Assembly: GCA_048013815.1 (NCBI GenBank)
Contig: CM106586.1
Coordinates: forward strand, 16,306,001 to 16,370,000
Direction of reading: 5' to 3'
DNA from: Setoptus koraiensis
Taxonomy: Eukaryota > Animalia > Arthropoda
DNA: 64,000 nucleotides
The notes beneath the pieces are model-generated. The model was not told where the DNA came from. It worked only from the letters and a program-made list of their open reading frames with translations, and did no database searches. Shown in pieces: positions 32,330 through 45,000 of the stretch (its first letter is position 1; each line of letters opens with the position of its first letter). The translations under genes were made by a program, and so were the position numbers.

Positions 32330-34062
32330 CGCCAACCTTCGCGCATATCGATAGTGCGGATAGTAGTGCGTGGTGTCCGAATCAACTGTGTCGTCAGCTC
32401 TGGCCAAGCCTACGCTGGCACAGGTCGCGCCGGAACACCTTGTGCGCAAGGCTCACCTGAGGAATTTACGCAACAAACAAGCCACTGGGCAGAATTGGCG
32501 CAAGCGGCACAAACGGACGCGACGAACGTTCTGTGCTAGTGAGCGGCACATTCCGTTGTAGGGAAAATGAGCGTCGTTATTCGTTCTCAACTGTCTGCTA
32601 CGGTCAAAAGTTCGACCGTCCGGCACGCACACAAGCACATATGCGCGCACACAAACACATTCTCACAAGCACTGTGCGTGCGATTCCGGAGCGGCGGCGG
32701 CGTTTCGCTCGATCGTGTACACAAAAACCACTGCCTGATCAAACAGAGTTTGCTATAAAACACACTGGATAGGCTAAATAGCAGTAGCAACATCATTAAC
32801 ATGCACTCTACTCGCATATGGGCAGCAACAACCAGTGGCCATAATTGAAATAAATACAACGACGACGACGACGACGACGACCACAAGGAATTCAAAAAGT
32901 AAACCAGAAGAAAATAGGGTTGACTTACAGTAAGTCCTCGAGACCATCCCATGATGATTGCTTCCATCGTTACATAGACACTACAACGGCAACAAGACAT
33001 CACATCTAAGCGGCCAAGACAGCAAAATTAGCAGCATCACAACAATATTTCAAGTTGCCATCAATTACAGCAAAAGTGTGTGTGTATCATGATAATCACA
33101 CATACCACTGCTGCAACCACCACCACAATTTCTACTATAAACACCACAAGAGTAGCAACAACAAAAACAACTAATACCGCCGCCGCCACTACTACCACCA
33201 TCACCACTGGTGCTGCCGCTGCTGCTGCTATCGAGCTTTGCCACTAAACAAACATTATAATGTATTATAATCAATAATATTATCTTTTGGAACTCCGCTG
33301 CGTTTTACTCGCTACTAATACTCTCTGTGCGCCTCCTCCTCCTTGTAAACATACCAAGCTAGCTATACAACAACAATATCAATTGATATCACACAATATA
33401 CATGTCTGATAGCAAGTGTAGGACAAACGAACAGACACACACACAGACAAACAAACAAACAACAGGCAGATAGATACTTGCAGGCAGTATTATTGGGATA
33501 GTAAACCGCAATTATAATTACTTTACACCCCATACACATTTACCAAGTTTTACATAATTTTATTATCCATCTATTTATCAGACATGATGATCTATTTGTG
33601 ACCCATTCTAAATTTCATGTGTGAATTTCAATTCCGTTTCGTCAATAGTATCCGCAGGATAGAAGCATGAAGTTGTTGCGAAAACTGCCTGCCGTAACTT
33701 TTCATGTAATCACCACTAGTTCACAATATTCAGCAACCTAAAACAGTCGATTAAAACTCAATATACTTAGATCTTGTGCGCAAGATAAAGTCTTATTACT
33801 CATCCCAACACAAAAAAAGTAGCTAGCGAGCCTTCTTGATTATTATTACTAACATAATACATACACTTCTTGGACCGTCTAGACTGACTCACACACATTG
33901 CCAATCGATGGGATAAAAAACCCGGAATGATACGGAAAAACATTAGCATCGAGCGAATATTACTATTGCCAATTACAATTACATAAATAGCACAAAATAT
34001 TTCGTTGCTTATTACATTATTATATTTTTTTTCTGAATACCAAAAAGTCCCACCATTATTAC

Positions 34063-36078
34063 ATGATGTCGGCCGCTGTCGATCAACAACAACTTCAACA
34101 GGTGTTGAATGGCCATCAATATATTGAAGTAAGAGAACTCAAGGTAGCCCTTGAAAAATGTGGTTTCAAGATACCACAATGGCAAGTCCGTCAAATGGTG
34201 GAAGATATTGAACGCAAATTGGGTAAAAAATGTGAACGCCTAAGTGCATTTGAATTCGAACGTTTATGCATGGATTTGAAAGCCAAAGATGTGGCTCGTA
34301 CATTCAAGACTATGGTATCTAGACGTGAGAATCTCCAGACCTTAGGTGGCATGTCGGAGGCCAGCAGTGAAGGTACCACTCATTCTGTCAGGCATGAGGA
34401 ACAAGTTGCATTTTCTAATTGGGTTAACATGAAGCTTGGAGATGATATAGATCTGAAACACATACTTCCGATCGACGAGGATGGTAACAGCCTCTATGAA
34501 GCGGTTAAGGATGGTATACTACTATGTAAAATAATCAACTACTCTTGTCCAGACACAATAGATGAGAGAGCCATAAACAAAAAAAATCTGACACTCTATA
34601 CAAAGCACGAAAATTTAACGTTGGCACTCAACTCGGCTCAAGCCATAGGATGTAATATTGTTAACATTGATGCTCATGATTTGGCTAAAGGAAAACCACA
34701 TCTTTCCCTGGGTCTTCTATGGCAGATCATTAGGATAGGTCTGTTCAATCAGATCACGCTTGAACATTGTCCAGGTCTTGTAAATTTAGTTGGCGGAGAC
34801 ATCGATCAGTTGGGAGACCTCATGAAACTATCACCCGAAAATATTCTGATGAGATGGGTGAATCATCATATGGCAAATGCGGGAATTGCTAGGAGAATCG
34901 CCAATTTTACCAAGGATATTTCAGACTCCGAGATTTATACTCATCTGCTCAAGCAGATCGCTCCTATGGGGTCAGACATTACCACTGAAGCGTTATTTGT
35001 GCGCGATCCTCTCCAAAAAGCCGAGCTGATGCTGCAGCAAGCCGACAAATTAGGTTGTAGAAGTTTCTTGACGCCTCAAGACGTTGTCAGTGGCATCTAC
35101 AAACTTAATGTAGCCTTCGTCGCCAATTTATTCAACAAGTTCCCAGCCTTGGACATTCCAAACAATGCAGAGGTAGAAATCCAGCAAATAGAGGAATCTA
35201 GAGAAGAAAAAACATGGAGAAATTGGATCAACAGTATGGGTGTATCTCCTTTTGTCAATTGGCTATACAGTGATCTATCAGATGGATTGGTCCTGATACA
35301 ATTGTTCGACATTATCAAGCCAGGAATTGTACAGTGGAATAGAGTTCATAGAACATTCAGTCGCCTAAAAGCTTTCATGGAGAAACTAGAGAATTGTAAT
35401 TATTGTGTAGAATTGGGGAAGGTTGTAAAGTTCTCACTTGTTGGTATTGCAGGCCAGGATATACTAGACTGCAACCCTACACTCGTCAGTGCACTTGTTT
35501 GGCAACTAATGCGAGCTTATACGCTGTCTATTCTAACACACTTGGCAAAATCAGAGGGTGGAAAACCAATAGATGAATCTGGCATAGTAGAATGGGTAAG
35601 TTAACAAAAGTTTCAGTGTTATTTTAGTCCAATTGTAAAACTCATCTTGGATGATCCTTTAATCTATTTTGCTTATAATCACTTTCATTGAAACATTATT
35701 CTGTCGCAGGTTAATAACAAACTAGCTGAGGCTGGAAAAACTTCGAGCATCAGAAGTTTCAATGACAACTCAATATCAACAGCACAACCAGTCATCGATT
35801 TAGTTGACGCTATACGACCAGGATCCATCAACTATAGTCAAGTTTTGCCAGGTTCAGACGCGGAAGAAAAATTGGCTAATTCAAAATATGCCATATCTAT
35901 GGCTCGTAAAATAGGCGCAAAGGTTTATGCCTTACCAGAGGATATAGCTGAGATAAAACAAAAAATGGTCATGACAGTATTCGCTTGTTTGATGGCTAGA
36001 GATTATGTGCCTAACTCAGGGCCAAACTCTAATAGCAGTAGCAACAACAATAGTTTAACCAACAATAACCATCACTAA
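34063..36078 (+). CDS. Fim: Plastin/fimbrin actin-bundling protein
   Basis: [38 protein letters not shown] and four CH domains. Exons 34063-35595 and 35710-36078. Confidence 0.95.
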
Positions 36079-36616
36079 AATTAGTAGTCTACAATAGATA
36101 CACTTTATCTAGCAAACAAACAAAAGATAAGCTCAGAATGGGATCTGTAACTTTTGCTGTTGGACAAACGTAAGTGCCTCGTGGCGGCAATATGATACAT
36201 AACCATGGGTTCATACAAACGCAATATTTGCTCATAAAGAAATAGATGATCCTATCTCGACTAATACACCATATACACTCAGTTAGTATTATAAATATCA
36301 AAACAGCTTAGATTATTGAGACGATGCCAACCTGATTTTCACACTTTGCCAAAAAAGAAAGGATTAAGAAAAAATTGTTCGTTCATTATATGTTTTCCCT
36401 AAGTCCTAGGCTCGTAGCCTTCATACGGTATTAATAATCGTCAAAGCTTTTGGCTATCGATTCAAAACCAGATCAACGTATACTGTTTATAGAAGAAGCA
36501 TATTTATATTTTATTTGTACCAAATGTAACTTGTGTCTTGAAGCCGCCAAATTGTCGTAATGATGTGTCAAAAAATTAAAATCGCTTGTGCCACAATGTA
36601 ATAACTATCTAAATCA

Positions 36617-38571
36617 CTAAATAGCTGAAACATGATATGATATCTTGTTTCTTATATTTGTATCATTCTGAACAAGTTGTGCTCTAAGTCTATTCAACTC
36701 TTCTGCCGCCCCTTCTATCTCAATTTCCAGGTCGTTCAGTCGAGACATAGCAAGCTTAGAATTATTCAGATTGCTGACCACTTGTGGGGTGCTACTTTTG
36801 TTTTTGTCCAATCTGTCTAAGTATCGTTCATATTCTGTGGTGATAGCATCGAAATCTTCAAATATAAAATTGACGGCTTTGTTGGCCGGAGTTATGAATT
36901 GCGTGAGAATTTTTAGACTCTGTTTCATTTTATCCGTTTGTTCCTGCATTCTTGCCCGTTGATCTGTTGTTGAGCTTTTTCTATTTAACGACTCCATCAA
37001 AGGAGATTCATCGACAGACTTATTTTTTCCATCTTGCTCGTCAATATTCATTTCAACGTTGGCCGCAGATTCTTGCTCTACATTCCACATACCAGCGGCC
37101 TTTAGATCATATTTCTTTAGACCATCTTGATAATTCATTAACTTAATAAGTTCATTTTTATTAATGATCACTTCTATGTTATTGACTTTCTCACCGACAA
37201 AAGATTTTGTTATTTTGTCCTGTCCAATTGTTGTCTGTGCCTCCAGACTATTGTTGTTTAGAGTGGCGTCAACAGTGGTTTGATCTATATGGTTGTTGGC
37301 TTTCTTATTTGTATCATCGTCGAACAATTTCATTTCTTCGCCATTCTTGCCATTGATCGCACTGGAATTACGGTCTAAGTCAGAAGAAATAGAGCCGGAT
37401 CTTATCTGAGAGGACCGGCCAAGTTGAGTTTCGGTGGTGACAAGTTCTTCTTTAGTTATTGCCCTTGGTGGTGGCTTAGACGAGGAAGTTGTTGGCCTGA
37501 TTGGCTGGGTCTTGGTATCAGCAGAATGACGGGGTGACCCATGATCGTTCTGTCGTGCAGTATTGGACGAGTAACGTCTACCACTGATCTTATTGTCGGC
37601 CAATGAATTTTTGTGGTGAGACTTTGCTGTCGAGTTTTGCTCGACATGGCCAGGATCCAAAGATGATTTTCGTGACGAGCTTGGCCTGAGATCTGTCTGT
37701 TTCCTGTCGCTGTTGTTCAGTGATACACGAACTGTCTCCTGTGGTCGCTTGACACTTGTGTTGTTATTTGCACTGCCATTAGAGCGCTCGATGTCATCGG
37801 AGTTGTCAACTCTGATCGTCTGCTTAGAAATTGAGCCTCGTGTTGGATTGTTACTTGAATTCTTTGGTTGTTTTGAGTTTTCCTGCGCCGAGACGATATA
37901 CTGTATGGATTTTCCCGTTTTTTTACTCATAAGCACATAAGCCAAGGCTTGCAACATTTGATTGGTTTTGTCGGGATCTAAACCGGCAACAATGCGAGCC
38001 GCTCTTACATCTAACCTGATGGTTTTGTCCAGTTCTCTCTCTGGAAAGAGCAATAATCAAATACAAAAAGTACAGTATGAGAATGTCTTTACATTAATTG
38101 TTGTGCACATCTAGCCAGATTAGTTTGATTTAAGCAGGATGAAGCTCGTCACGACCGGTCATCAGATCTACTTTATCTTTATAATAGAATGACCCACTCA
38201 CCTAAGAATATGATAAGTTTTTGCAAAAAAGCGATCTTGGCAGACTTGTCAAGAGTTCGATTGGTGTCCAATTCCTGGCTGTTATACAGATCGGCCAATA
38301 CGCGCGTTTCAGATACAATCTTGGTGGTACAATGGCAAGCGAGGAAAAAATGAATAAAGTTATCACTAAAACAAAACAAATGTTCGCAAAATGATTTGAA
38401 ACGTAGAAGATATATGATAAATGTTCTGCTTACATTCTTTATCACCTCTTGAATGAATTTGAAAGGAGGTCGCTGCAACGATTTTTCATTCAATGGTCTC
38501 ACTAGTAGGGGCACGAAGAGTTTCTTTGTTTTCGCGATTGTCTCTGGCTGGGCCGCTATATTGTCACTCAT
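36617..38571 (-). CDS. TRAF3IP1: Intraflagellar transport protein 54 (TRAF3IP1/MIP-T3)
   Basis: LQRPPFKFIQEVI, ARIVAGLDPDKTNQMLQAL and a C-terminal coiled coil. Exons 38571-38434, 38319-38202 and 38040-36617 (in frame, 559 aa). Confidence 0.88.
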
Positions 38572-39037
38572 TTTGACCGATGAAACTTTTATCTTATTGT
38601 AAAAAGGTTATGTAATTCTTGCGTAATATAATCACGAGTACAGGTTCGTTTCAATTGTCAGATTTATTAATACGATCTATTGCCGGTCAGTTGTTTACTA
38701 ACACTGTTATTGAATATCCAACTATGAGGGTTCGAAGTGCGCTCGTTGTCATGGTGAAGCAGACACGCAAAGATTCGTTGATCAGGATCTCTGCTCGACC
38801 GCTCAGCCGTATCTGCCGAAAGAATCAACACGAGCCTCTGTCACAGAATCAAACAATCAAGCTCAAGATAATGGAGCTAGAAGAGTAAAAACCAAAAAAA
38901 TCGAACAATCCGGTGGCTATATTCAAAATATAAGTTAAACTGCGACAGTTGAAATGTTCAGTGATAGAAAAATGCGTTCTTCGCTTGCCTTGATTAATTT
39001 ATAATTAATTGTTTTTTCTTTTCTGTTTTACAAATTG

Positions 39038-42000
39038 TTATGGCGCACTACTACGCTCATTCGATCTCCATTTATCTAGCGCTATTCGAATCAACAATCC
39101 GGTGCAAAGACCAACTAAACAAAGACAAATCAGTTTAAATGCGCCCCCGCCGAATGTTGTGCCCACAATGTTGGGGGTTGTTTCTGCAGTTTGTTTTATC
39201 GAATTACCATTAAAACTGTTTTGATCATATGTTGAGCCGGAATTGGCGTAGTTTAGAGTGAATACTGAACACTCGGCTGTAGTTATTAGATTCAAATCTC
39301 GTTTTTTACTCGAGCCATCCGCTTGTTTCGCCGATGCAGCTGACTCTGGAAGGTTTTCGTGGATGTAACAAGAATGACTGGGGCGCCTGTCATGATAATA
39401 GCAATACTCAAACGATTGACAATGGTTATTCTTACTGCACACTAAAGCACATCTCTCTGAATCCATGCCGCGATATACTAGGGCACTGGTTAGTTTATCA
39501 GCAAAGGATTTGCCCCGTATTTCAATGTAATCATACAACATCGATCGCGAATAGTGCGTGCAATGCCACGAGCTTGCATCATTGTGATCGGTTCCAGGGC
39601 TGTTTTCTGGTGTTGCGACAAGTAGCTTAGATTGATCCATATTGCTCAATATGACATGCGTATTTTGTAGGTAACATTGATTTCCTTCGCTCACTGAACC
39701 TTTTCGGGCATCTTTGGACAATTTGTCATTTATTGGCGATGGTTGGCAATAATCGAAGCTCAGGCATCGCGACCCAACAGAGTCCTCTTCGTTGCTGTTG
39801 ATGCTCACTGTGGTTTCACTGGTGGTCAGTCGACATAACGAGGCACATTCGAGCAACTCGACAGACGCAATTTGTTTCATAGAGCTAGTCGGCACTTGAG
39901 TGTTGGCGAAAGAATCGTACTCATTCAGATAGTTTCTAATCGCTATAATGGCCCAATTTCTCTGCACAGTTCCATCTTGCATTATCTCACGTACATCAAC
40001 CATGGTCTCTCTGATAGCTATACAAAACAACTCATCGAAACTGTACATCAGGCAGCGCTTTTCTAAGCAAAACTCTTCGCACATATGTATTGTTGTCACG
40101 AGCGTTCGCGAATCGTAAATCACTTTCTTTTTGGCATCATCGCGGCCGTTGCGCGCGTTCATTTCCTCTAGTTTGTCTAATTGAAAGCATCTGTTGTAGT
40201 GTAAAACGGAGTAGGCCATTTTCATCTGAACGGACAGTGAATGCTCGGCGTCTTGCTCGACCGAGTTGTCTTCGTCCAGCCCTTCGAAATCGTTTGAATC
40301 GTCACTAGAGACACGAATTGGCACAAATGTGAGCATCTTAAATTTGTCGCCGTGAGGCAAGAGAGGCTTAAATACAAGTAAATCGTTCATAGCTTCCGCG
40401 TCATCAATGGTCGCCTTCAGATAATCCAGCATTTCTTGCGCTCCGACAATTTTGAGAAATTCTTCAACACTGTTAAGATAATAGGTGACACAATTGGTGT
40501 TTATCAGAGTGTCAGGACCATCCGCGGGCCCGTTATGCTGGGCCCAATTATCCGAGTGTTTGCTATCTTTACTCGTTTCATACTGGAAGTTTCTAAACGA
40601 AGCCTCGCCAATGACTGTACACGATCGATCTGAGCAAAATGTCATGGCTACACACTTGACATCGGCACACCAACGGGAGCATTGTTGCTCGTTGGCCAAC
40701 AATCTCGAATCGGCTTGCATACGCCAATTGTTTGCCATTTCACTATTGATCAATCTATCGAAATAGTTGTGCGGCAACAGTTTGTCTAGCATGTTGAAAC
40801 GGACTAACAAAGTGTGAGGACCCGACAACATTATGTTGAAATTGTTGAATTGCAACGGATGTGTGTGAGGAATTTTGATAAAGTGATCTAGGGCTATTTT
40901 AGCCACGGTGTCAATGTTGCTCTCGACGATTTGCCTGTCATGCTCGTTCGCGGGCGTTATGCGATACTCTAAGCTGATCGGAACACTCTGACCCTGTTCG
41001 CTATAACAGGCCGATATGTCGGCCATTTCGAATAATTTTCTATTGTCCAGCGCATTCATCTCTTGTATGGTCATGCTAAATTGAGCTAAAATCTCTTGGC
41101 GAGCCTTCGTTTCGAATATTACCACGGAAATTGTTAGCGTGTGATACGACAGTTTTTCTGCATAATCTCCGCCGTCATCAGTGTCACCGGGTCCGACAAA
41201 TCTCTTGATTATTGAGGCCGGTCCCTCAATTTCGTTGCTCAACTTGAACAGATCGTACTCGAGCTCAAACACGGTCGTCAATTCAGAGCCCTGAACGTAT
41301 CTGTTGATCGTTTGAAATCCCTCGTATTCCGAGATAAACAATTTCAGAGTGTACGGGTCCAATTCTAGCCTCAGATTGTTGCCAAAGTCAATGCTGGGCC
41401 CGTTCGCTTGCGACCACTTTCTAATCTCACACTGGCCCGTTTGCCTGTCGATGTCGTATCTCGTCGAGCTCGGCTGTCCGTTCCAAATGGTCGTGGTGGA
41501 ACTGATCGTTCCGTTTGTGTGTTTTCGACGCGCGCTCAATATCGTCGGGCCCTGCAAAACGGCATCGGGCGCCAACGGACTTCGCGACAGGACCCCATTG
41601 ATGAACGGATGCGTTTTGTAGGTCTGCCCGTCGCCATGCTTGTCCAATGTTGTCAGGGACGCCTCGAACACCATCTGAAAATTGTCGTAATTATTCAGGC
41701 CACTGTCGTAAAGTTTTACCCCGTTCGCTTTGTACAACGAGGAACGCTGACAAGCTGAGCCAATGGGCAGTGTCAGATATTGCAATTCTTGATCGTCGGT
41801 TATATCAAATTCGTACTTGATCACGTTTATGGCGATGTCAGAATTGGTGGCTTGATCATATAATTGTATCCTCTCAAGCTCCATTCCATGCGCATCATTG
41901 TCCATTTGGCCCGCCAGACCGGAAGAGGCAGGCCTGAAATACATGTCGTAATACCAGCCGTCGTCGGTTCCCATGGGCTGTGTATGGGGCTCTATTCGCC

Positions 42001-45000
42001 AAATTTGCTCATCAAACCAGTGGTGGCTCTTGTCGGTTTTATCCGTGTCACTGAATACGTCAACGCGATTTTGCAATTTCCGACTTATGCCCTCTTTGTA
42101 GGCCAGAGCCCATAGCGAGGCCGCACCGTAATACAATTTGCGTGGATTTCTCACTCTTTCTTGACCAAACCAAAACCCTAATATGTCCGATTTGTCTTCG
42201 CGCAACACACACTGATGACCTTGTATCTCAAACAACTCATTATGGTGACCATAGATCAGCATGCCAATGGGCTGTTCGTTGGCAATGGGCGACCTGTCAA
42301 TTTCCCAATTGTACGTCAGATCTCGTGAGCTGTTGTTCTTGTTGTACTTAATGGAGCGGGCAATGAGATACTCAAAATTGACAAATTCCTCAACCTCCAC
42401 GAGAGCTATCGACGGCTCGTCGCCAACGGGCTTACCTGAGGCCTTGTGGGCCAACTGGAAGGCCACCTCTGATCTCATGTGAATTGGCATGGTTGAGTTG
42501 GAGCGGGGGCGCAAGGTTGCCTCCTCGAGCGATGGAAATTTTATCCTGGCCCCGTTCTCGATCAATTGCATGCAAGACTGGGGAAGATTCAACAGATCAT
42601 TGTTGGCTATGGTGGCATCGCTGTATTTTATCATTATCTGGATGTGGTGCACGCCGGCCAGCACCCCCGCCAACGGCATCATGTCTATCGAGTACAGTTT
42701 CATTGGGGACCAGCTGCCCGTTCTGCTGTCAATGCCAGAATCAAATGTGAAATGTATCACATTCACCAGACTGTTCTTGTTGTTTGCGTCGCGCATTCCT
42801 AGCACCCACAGGAAGTGGGCCCGCTTGTTGCCGAACTCATCGAAATACGGATATATCTTGGCTTGTTTGTTGTAACTGTTGCCCTTAGATATCAATTCAG
42901 AGGCCTGTTTCCAAATGGCGGCCAGGCCAAATAGAGTATCTTCACCTTTTGCAGATTTTCCCTCCTGGGCTGTCGACTGCTGCTGCTGCTTGCGCACCAT
43001 AGTCCACAATGATAAGATATTTTCATCTTCGAACTCCTCAATGATTTTGCAACGATTCAACGCCTCATTGCAAGCATATTTGCCAATTGTTTTATCCTCT
43101 TCACCTCTATTTCTGCTGTTCACGATGAAATACGAAGCAGTGCCCTGTTTGGTCTCTACATCTATTCGTCCGCGTCGCTTTAACCTGTCGTGCATCTCTC
43201 TAATGTGCTTCTGGTTAGTTTTGCTAAATCCCTTGACAAACGTTATGTCATACTCAAATGTGTAGCTGTAATCCTCTGGAAAGAAGGTGTCAAATCTTGG
43301 AAAATCAGCTCGCATTCTAAGTTGTTCTGCGCGTTTCTCTTCGTCTAATTTCATGTCTTTACCCAGTTGACTTATATATATTTCGGCCGCTTGTCGACAC
43401 GTCAGCGGCAACGAGAAAACCGGTGGTCTCGCGTCTGTTTCTCTCTCGTTCAAGCGAACAATATTGGGTGTCAATCTCAACGATCGATATTTGGTGCTAT
43501 CGAAGGCATAAGTGTGATCAGTTTCAATGAGCACACTCTGAGGTATCAGTCTCTTGGGCTCTTCAGTGGCCGCTTCGACATGACCCAGTTTAAAATCGAA
43601 ACGGAACAACAGGTCAGGCACCCCTTCGTGCATCACCCAACTATACACTCTGTCATGCTGATATTGCTGCTTGTCGTGGTCTACGGCGTCCTCGTCTTCG
43701 TCCTCGTAACTATGCACGTATTGCACGTACTCAGACAAAGAGGCCTCTATGAGCAGGGCTCCCACACCGAACAGTTTCAGCTTGTCGCTAACCACTGTTG
43801 CTTTCGTGTCGTCCAATTGTTTTTCGTATTCAAATTCGGATGACAACAGTCTGAGCCATGGCTCCACTGATTGAACTACCTGACACTCACCTTTCGGTTG
43901 TTGTTTTGTGCCCTCGATGTAATTAAAAATTAGCTCGCTTTTGTAGTTGACATAGAACCGCTTAGCGCGCTGCTTCTTTGCACCCTTCCCTCCATCAATT
44001 ATGTCAATGTCGTAACGGGCCATGGAGCGATCAAATGACACATACTCTACGAGCTTGATCACATCTTTATATTCATCGCTATTATGTGACACTTTGCCCG
44101 CTATCACAGTCTCTATTTTGTATTCGGGATTAAAGTCAAGCAATTCCACAAAGTCCGGAAATGGAGTCTCCAATTCAATCTCGTCATCAGAGTAATCGTT
44201 GTAATTTTCTTCATCGCTGTCATGTTGGCCAGTGTTACTATCCTCGTAATCCTCTTCTTCTTCGTCCTCTTTTTGGTGATTATCGATTTTCTGATCGTCG
44301 TCATCGTCGTCGTCATCGTCGTCTTCATCGTCTGGATAATGGGGCCGTGGCCTCGGCTTTGGCGTGCTGTTGTCATTGTCTATGTCATAGCATGTTTGAG
44401 GCAGCTTGAATATCATCAAATCTTGCTCAGAGTCTACGTCGGTTTTGATGGCCATGATGTCATAACGGCGCACCACCTCATAGACGCCATCATCTCTCGT
44501 ATTATCGTTTCCATCCTCGTCGCCGTCGCCAGGCTGATACTCTATGGGTGCTCGCAAACTGCTCACTATCACTTGTGTCAAATCTTCTATGTGGGCACGA
44601 TAAGTTTGATGCGAATGTCTCGGGGCTCCTTCCGTTTGCTTCAACTCAAAATAGAAATGGAAGCGCTGATTTGACTTTCTATCCGTGAATATCCACTCCT
44701 CTAAATGTTTGCCAGCAGTTCCATCGTGATTTTTGGTGGCGATTCTCTTAGGATTTATCCTAAATTGTTTGTGATCAGCGTGGGCTACATTAATGAGCAG
44801 GGCACCCAATCCAGACAATATTCCTGCTATTTCCTTGTCACCATTCCTAAAAAATATTCTACGCCTAAATAGGCTATTACCGTGCCATTTGTCAAATGGC
44901 ACCCGTCCCTTGGTACAAGTCTGCTCGGTTGACCCTGTCCGCGTCAGCCATTTGTGTCTCAAATGATAGTGCTCTCCATTTACGAACAAACTGTAATAAG

